A stretch of 64,000 nucleotides of DNA, taken from NCBI GenBank assembly GCA_038231275.1, contig JBBRLQ010000006.1:224001-288000 (forward strand), given 5' to 3'. Source of the stretch: Polyangiales bacterium (lineage in GTDB: Bacteria > Myxococcota_A > Polyangia > Polyangiales > Polyangiaceae). Position 1 is the stretch's first letter. Each line of letters begins with the position of its first letter. The position numbers were made by a program, and so were the translations under genes. Of this stretch, positions 58,867 to 64,000 are shown one piece after another. The notes beneath the pieces are model-generated. The model saw only the letters and a program-made list of their open reading frames with translations, did no database searches and was not told the origin of the DNA.

Positions 58867-59436
58867 TCAGCGCGACGCGGAGATCGTGACGCGCGTCCCC
58901 ACCGGCACCGCGTCGTAGATCGACTCGACGTCCTCGTTCACGAGGCCGATGCACCCGTCGGTCGGACCCCAAACGCCGGCCATTCCGGTCGCGCGTGCGA
59001 AGCGCGTCCACGCCCGCGCGGGCGAGGCGAGATCGGCCCGCACGCCGTGGATTCCGATGCCGCCGCCGAGGCGTGCTATCCCCTTCTCCTTCGCGCGGCG
59101 ACGATCGTCGGCGTTCGGATACGAGACGGCGAGGAAGCGATGGAACCTATCGCTCCTCGTCTTCGACGTGACGGTGTACGCCCCCTCCGGGGTGCGCTCG
59201 TCGCCCTCGCGCTCTTTGGGGCCGACCGGATCGGCACCGAACGTGGCGGGCACGACGCGCCGAACCGCGCCGCCGCAGACGAGCTCGAGCTCGCCCTCAC
59301 GCTTCCACACGCGGAGCTCGGGGGACGCGCACGTCCCCGCGCTCTCGGCGCGCGACGGCCACGCGAGCGCGGCGAGCGGCGTCGCGATGAGCAGCGTCGC
59401 GAGGGTCATGCGGCGGACGAGCGTGCGGCGAAGCAT
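58867..59436 (-). CDS. L,D-transpeptidase (YkuD family)
   Basis: GPK.REGD.RTPEG.Y, SYPN..D, GIGIHG, TDGCI. Confidence 0.9.
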   Translation of the reverse strand: MLRRTLVRRMTLATLLIATPLAALAWPSRAESAGTCASPELRVWKREGELELVCGGAVRRVVPATFGADPVGPKEREGDERTPEGAYTVTSKTRSDRFHRFLAVSYPNADDRRRAKEKGIARLGGGIGIHGVRADLASPARAWTRFARATGMAGVWGPTDGCIGLVNEDVESIYDAVPVGTRVTISASR

Positions 59437-59461
59437 CCCCCCTGATCAACGCGCGCGGAGG

Positions 59462-60616
59462 ATGAACCCTTCCCTGCGCCGGCGTTTGTTGGCACGCTCC
59501 GCGCTGGTGCACGCGCGCTCTCCTCTAGCCCTCGACGCCCTCGCGTCCGTCCTCCTCCCACTCGATCGCGCCCGCGCGCTCCCCGCGCAGGCGTACACCG
59601 ACGAGGAGGTCTTCGCGTTCGAGCGACGCGCGCTTTTGGGCGCGTCGTGGACGTGCGTGGGCCGCGAGCGCGACGTCGAGGCGCCGGGCGCGTGGCGGAG
59701 GGCCGAGATCGCAGGCGACGAGGTGGTCGTCCTCCGCGGCGACGATCTTGACTTACGTGCATTCTACAATGTTTGCAGGCACCGCGGCGCGCCGCTCGCC
59801 ACCGAGGCGGCGGGGCGATGCAGGCAGCTCGTTTGCCCGTACCACGGCTGGACGTACTCGAAGGCGGGCCACCTCCTGGACGCGCCGCACACGAACGAGG
59901 GCTTCGATCGCGCGTCGTTCGGCCTGATCTCACTCCGCCTCGCGACGTGGCAGGGGTTCGTCTTCGTCACCGCCGACGAGGCGGCGCCGTCGCTGGAGAC
60001 GGCCATGGGCGAGGTGCCGCCGTGGCTCGTCTCCACCGATCTGCGCCACTTACGCCGAGGAGGCGAGGCGCGTTGGGAGACCGCGGCGAACTGGAAGCTC
60101 CTCGTCGCGAACTTCCAGGAGTCGCACCATTTCACGCGCGTGCATCCTTCGCTCGAGCGTCTCACGCCGACCGCGCGCGCGACGTCGCATCTGGGTGAAG
60201 GACCGTGGCTCGGCGGCGTGATGGCGATCGAGAGAGACACGGTGTCGACCTCCGGCACGCTCCTGGGTCGGCCGCGCCTCGTCGCCGATACGACGCCCCG
60301 CGTGTACGACGCGCTCCTCTTCCCGACGTGGCTTACGAGCCTGCAGCCCGACTACTTCCTCGCGTACCGCCTGGAGCCGCGCGGCGCCGCGCGCACCGGC
60401 GTGGCGTTCGACGTCTTCTTCCATCCGCAGGCCAAAGACGCCGCCCTCGCGGACGTGCTCGGGTTCTGGGAGACGGTGAACGCCGAGGATCGCGCGATCT
60501 GCGAGGCGCAGCAGCGCGGGATCGCCTCGGCCGGCTTCGTGCCCGGCCCCTACACGCGCGCCGACGAAGGGGTTCACGCGTTCGAGCAGCGCGTCGCACG
60601 AAGGCACCTCGCGTGA
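59462..60616 (+). CDS. Rieske non-heme iron oxygenase, alpha subunit (choline/betaine/carnitine monooxygenase-like architecture)
   Basis: CRHRG and CPYHGW Rieske ligands, NWK..VANFQESHHF..VH, NAED..ICE.QQ.G; start may be the GTG a little downstream. Confidence 0.92.
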   Translation: MNPSLRRRLLARSALVHARSPLALDALASVLLPLDRARALPAQAYTDEEVFAFERRALLGASWTCVGRERDVEAPGAWRRAEIAGDEVVVLRGDDLDLRAFYNVCRHRGAPLATEAAGRCRQLVCPYHGWTYSKAGHLLDAPHTNEGFDRASFGLISLRLATWQGFVFVTADEAAPSLETAMGEVPPWLVSTDLRHLRRGGEARWETAANWKLLVANFQESHHFTRVHPSLERLTPTARATSHLGEGPWLGGVMAIERDTVSTSGTLLGRPRLVADTTPRVYDALLFPTWLTSLQPDYFLAYRLEPRGAARTGVAFDVFFHPQAKDAALADVLGFWETVNAEDRAICEAQQRGIASAGFVPGPYTRADEGVHAFEQRVARRHLA

Positions 60617-61446
60617 GCAAGCTCGTCGGCATCTGGGGGCGACCGTACGTGGACCTCTCGCCGTTCCTCGACACGTCGTGCTTTCCGGAGCTCGACGCCG
60701 AGATCAGCCGCGCGCTCGCCGTCGTCGAGACGAGCTACACCGGCGGCACCCTCAAGTGGATGGGGGTCGTCGCACCCTGGGTGGTGAACGACGGGTACCG
60801 CGACGCGATGCACGTCATCGAAGGGCTCGCGCGCGACGAGCTCGCGGCGTTCGTGTCGCTCGGCGACGATCCCGACGACGTCGATCTCGACGATCCCCCC
60901 GCGTTCGGCGACGAGACCGATCGCCCGTTCACGCTGGCGCAGATGCGCTGGCTCAGCGTGCGACACGGCGCATACTTCCCGTGGAAGGCATGCTTCCACC
61001 TCCTCGAGAACGATCGCTGGGAGGACAAGCACTCGGGGTCGGGCAAGGAGTTCACTGCGGCGGCGCGCGAGCACATGCCCAAGACGGTGGCGTTCGTGGA
61101 GTCGCTCCCGTTTCGCGAGATCGGGCGGGCCGTGCTCTTCGGCATCGAGCCGAACGATCACGCGCCTGCGCATCGCGACACCGAGCCGGGCACCACGCTC
61201 GAAATCGCGCAGTCGATCAGCTTCGATCCGCGCGGCGGCAAGGGGCTCTACCTCCGCGATCCGGACGGCGGCAGCCACACGCGGATCGACGCGCCGGTCT
61301 TCTGGTTCAACGACATGGACTACCACGGCGTCCTCGCGGCCCCGCGCTTCCGGTACTCGATCCGCGTCGACGGCGTCTTCGAGCCCGCGTTCGCGAAGCG
61401 GCTCGAGGCCGCCCACGTCACCCGCGGACGAGCACCGGGCAGCTGA
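60613..61446 (+). CDS. Uncharacterised Fe(II)/2OG-like oxygenase (Asp/Asn beta-hydroxylase-like C-terminus)
   Basis: GTG overlaps the Rieske stop; AHRD (HxD), WFNDMDYHGV (distal His), RYSIRVDG. Confidence 0.7.
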   Translation: MSKLVGIWGRPYVDLSPFLDTSCFPELDAEISRALAVVETSYTGGTLKWMGVVAPWVVNDGYRDAMHVIEGLARDELAAFVSLGDDPDDVDLDDPPAFGDETDRPFTLAQMRWLSVRHGAYFPWKACFHLLENDRWEDKHSGSGKEFTAAAREHMPKTVAFVESLPFREIGRAVLFGIEPNDHAPAHRDTEPGTTLEIAQSISFDPRGGKGLYLRDPDGGSHTRIDAPVFWFNDMDYHGVLAAPRFRYSIRVDGVFEPAFAKRLEAAHVTRGRAPGS

Positions 61447-62689
61447 GCGCGCGCGCGTCGGTCGGCCCTTCCTGCGCGCGCGCATAAATTCCGGCGGCGC
61501 GGCCGGCGACGACGTAGACGCCGTAGTTGATCGCTTGCTTTTGCGCGTCGAGCTTCGCCGAAAAATAGCGCTGCGCGACCCAGTGCCCCTTGCGCGCGAG
61601 CTCGATCGAGGTCGCCCACGTCGCCGCGTCGACGGCGCGGCCGACGGTGACCTCCTCGCCCTCCGCGCCGTAGTCGCTCTTCAGGACCCACTCGTCCTTC
61701 TGCGCGCGGAGCTGCTCGGCATGCAACGTCTCGAAGCGCGAGGTCACCGGGACGTAGCGCTCGATGATCTCCTGCGCCTCGCTCGAGAAACGATGGATGT
61801 GCTCCCACATGAGCGCCATGCTCCGCTTGTTCTGCGGGAGGACGGCGCCGAACGGGTTCACGATCGACACGCGCCGATCCAGTGACGCCTCGAGCGCGGC
61901 GGCGAGCGGCTCGCGAAGGGGCTCGGGATCGGCGAGATCTTCGTCGGTCCACGCCGAGACGCGCTCGCCCCACCAGTCGGTCTTGTAGTGACGCACCATC
62001 ACGTCGATCGGCGTGTCGAAGAGGCAGAGCGCGCCGTCGTCGCGACGCGAGAGGTTGAACGGAGAGCCGAGGACGGTCGTATGGCCGCGCGCCTCCAGCC
62101 AGCGCTTGTAGAGGCGCACGAGCGCGAGGTCTTCGGTGAACTCTGTGGGGTACACGAGGCCGACCTTGCGCGGCGCGCGCGGATCTCCGCCGAGCTCACG
62201 GGCCGCCAGCGCGCCGAGCATCGCGCCGAAGCTCGGCTCCAGCGCTTCGTTCGGGTCGACGAGGCCGGCGTGGGCGGCGCGCGCGATGCGGCCGAGCGCG
62301 ACCGCTTCTGCTTCGCCGGTGGGCGTGTCGCAGTTCAGCTCCGCGACCGCGACGCCGTCGTCGGTGAAGAAGAGATCGGCGCGCGCGAGCCCATGCCACA
62401 GCGGCTGCGACGCCGCCCACATCGCCTTTTGCCACGGCGTCATTGCGAAGAAGCCGTCGAGGAGCGCGGGCTCGTCGCGGACGAGCGTGCAAAGCTCGTT
62501 GTAGACGCTTGCGATCCGCTCGGCCGCAGAGGCCAGCGCACGCCACTCGCGCGCGTCGAGGACGATGGGCTCCTCACGGAAGCGCGGGGCGCCGTCGAGC
62601 CACGGATCGGTCAACGTGCCGTCGCGCGTGAGCTCGCGGGCGAACGCGTCGTAGCGCTGAACGGCCCCCTGATCCACGTCCTCGCCCAT
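61418..62689 (-). CDS. Glutathionylspermidine synthetase-like ATP-grasp ligase
   Basis: ARADL, AELNCDTPTG, RHYKTDW, NPFG..LPQNKR, VLKSDYGAEG, VAQRY. Confidence 0.85.
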   Translation of the reverse strand: MGEDVDQGAVQRYDAFARELTRDGTLTDPWLDGAPRFREEPIVLDAREWRALASAAERIASVYNELCTLVRDEPALLDGFFAMTPWQKAMWAASQPLWHGLARADLFFTDDGVAVAELNCDTPTGEAEAVALGRIARAAHAGLVDPNEALEPSFGAMLGALAARELGGDPRAPRKVGLVYPTEFTEDLALVRLYKRWLEARGHTTVLGSPFNLSRRDDGALCLFDTPIDVMVRHYKTDWWGERVSAWTDEDLADPEPLREPLAAALEASLDRRVSIVNPFGAVLPQNKRSMALMWEHIHRFSSEAQEIIERYVPVTSRFETLHAEQLRAQKDEWVLKSDYGAEGEEVTVGRAVDAATWATSIELARKGHWVAQRYFSAKLDAQKQAINYGVYVVAGRAAGIYARAQEGPTDARALSCPVLVRG

Positions 62690-62696
62690 GGCGACG

Positions 62697-63551
62697 TCAC
62701 CCGAGCTGAGCGATGGCCAGCGCCGCCCCGACGTAGGTTGCCGCCTCGAGCGCGCCCATCCCTACGTTGCGCTCGGCCCCCACCGCCGCATCGAGCCGCC
62801 CGCCGCGCACGGCGAAGGGCGCCCGCATCAGCACCATCTGCACGAAGACCTGACGCACCGGATAAAGTGCCACGAGCGCGACGAGCGCCTTGCCATACGC
62901 GCGCAGCGACACCTGCCACCCCTCGAACTCCCCGTCGAGAGCATGCGCGACGACGATGGAGACTGCGACGACGAGCCCCGCGTAGCTGAGCGCGGCGGCC
63001 AGGTTCTCACCCGCGATCTGCTCGGCGTCGTCGTACGTCGTCAGCGCGCGGAAGAGCAGCGCGAAGGCGTGGAGCGTGATCTGCGCGAGCACGAAGAAGA
63101 CGAGGGAGAGCCCCATTCCCCGCAAATCGCTGCCGACGATGGCGTGCGCGGTGACGATGCCGGTCGCGACGTAGTTGGCCCCCGCGGCGACTCCCGCGGC
63201 GACGTTGCCGCGCGCGAGCTCGGCGGGGAGACGCGACGACAAGAGGAGCTGCACACCGAGCCGTCCGGTCAAGCTGACGAGCGCGACGCCGAGCACGCCG
63301 AACGCGGCGACCCACGTGACGTCATGCTCGATGCTCTCGCCGGTGACGCCGTTCTTCACGACCGAGGTCGCGACCATGAAGACCGCGAGCACTTGCCCGA
63401 CGCGCTTCAGGCGCCGCGCGACGTTCCCCTGGTTCAAATCGTGGCTGACCGGGTGCTCGTACATGAAGCGCTGCATCACCGTGAAGACGACGAGGAGAGC
63501 GAGCGTGCTCGCGACCGCGAAGCTCGCGATGTAAACGGACCCGACCTCCAT
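62697..63551 (-). CDS. DUF350-like inner-membrane protein (duplicated domain)
   Basis: About 8 TM helices with repeated GNVA / ENLAAA / RNVG motifs. Confidence 0.8.
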   Translation of the reverse strand: MEVGSVYIASFAVASTLALLVVFTVMQRFMYEHPVSHDLNQGNVARRLKRVGQVLAVFMVATSVVKNGVTGESIEHDVTWVAAFGVLGVALVSLTGRLGVQLLLSSRLPAELARGNVAAGVAAGANYVATGIVTAHAIVGSDLRGMGLSLVFFVLAQITLHAFALLFRALTTYDDAEQIAGENLAAALSYAGLVVAVSIVVAHALDGEFEGWQVSLRAYGKALVALVALYPVRQVFVQMVLMRAPFAVRGGRLDAAVGAERNVGMGALEAATYVGAALAIAQLG

Positions 63552-63595
63552 GGTGCGAAGCTAGAAGATGCCAGGGGTGACGTATAGTGGGGAGC

Positions 63596-64000
63596 GTGGG
63601 GCTCGTCGGCATTTTCGGGCGGCCGTTCCTCGATCTCGCGCCGCTTCTGGATTTGTCGGGATTGGACGAAATCCACGAAGAGATCTGCCTCGCGCTCGCG
63701 AAGGCCCCCGTCGACTACACGGGCGGGAGCCATCGCTCCATGGGCATCATGCCGAAGGGATGCGAAGCGGAGGCGCTCGTCGATTACGGCGAGGTGATCG
63801 GGGCCATGAGCGACGCGCAGTTCGCGACCTTCCGATCGCTCGCCGACGATCCCGACGCGATCCCGGAGGACGCGCGCGCCTCGGGGCAGTTCGGCGAGGA
63901 GCGCGATCATCCCCTGTCTCGTCGGCAGATGCTCTGGCTCAAAGTGCGTTTCGGCGTGTATTTCCCGTGGAAGGCGTACGTCGAGCTGATCCCGAACCGT
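63596..64000 (+). CDS. Paralog of the 60613-61446 oxygenase, truncated by window end; absent from ORF track
   Basis: GGGGAG then GTG; VGLVGIFGRPFLDL...DYTGGSHRSMGI...FGEERDHPLSRRQMLWLKVRFGVYFPWK aligns with LVGIWGRPYVDL...SYTGGTLKWMGV...FGDETDRPFTLAQMRWLSVRHGAYFPWK. Confidence 0.85.
   Translation, partial: MGLVGIFGRPFLDLAPLLDLSGLDEIHEEICLALAKAPVDYTGGSHRSMGIMPKGCEAEALVDYGEVIGAMSDAQFATFRSLADDPDAIPEDARASGQFGEERDHPLSRRQMLWLKVRFGVYFPWKAYVELIPNR

Noticed and set aside
63476-63910. 144-aa minus-strand ORF
   Set aside because: Antisense to the oxygenase paralog, which is supported by similarity to the 60613 gene.
1-64000. CRISPR arrays, tRNA/rRNA, IS elements, prophage
   Set aside because: No regularly spaced repeats, structural RNA signatures, transposase, integrase or phage genes were seen; intergenic gaps are short.

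Overview
High-GC (roughly 70%) bacterial chromosomal segment. Its gene content (sigma54 activator, eukaryotic-like Ser/Thr kinases, FHA/PEGA proteins, many Cys-rich lipoproteins, a giant metzincin) suggests a myxobacterium, probably Polyangiaceae-like; this is inferred, not shown. About 57 genuine CDSs were separated from many GC-rich shadow ORFs. They include metabolic genes (fhs, kdd, hisD, upp-like, map), signalling genes (sigma54 EBP, two His kinases, two Ser/Thr kinases, FHA-GGDEF, FHA-DUF4388, MshEN-like), secreted or lipoprotein hydrolases and a lipid-catabolism neighbourhood. No rRNA, tRNA, CRISPR array or transposase was seen. The most interesting locus is at the right edge (59.5-64 kb): a Rieske oxygenase, two paralogous Fe(II)/2OG-like oxygenase genes (one missed by the ORF track), a glutathionylspermidine-synthetase-like ATP-grasp ligase and a DUF350-like membrane protein. 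Together they look like an uncharacterised amine/peptide-tailoring cluster that continues beyond the window. Other points are a small-protein plus nucleotidyltransferase toxin-antitoxin-like cassette, an HTH-only LysR divergent from a Met aminopeptidase, a lipoprotein-type GH1, a decayed methyltransferase and several readable sigma54 promoters and operators. All family calls come from motif recognition only, with no database searches.
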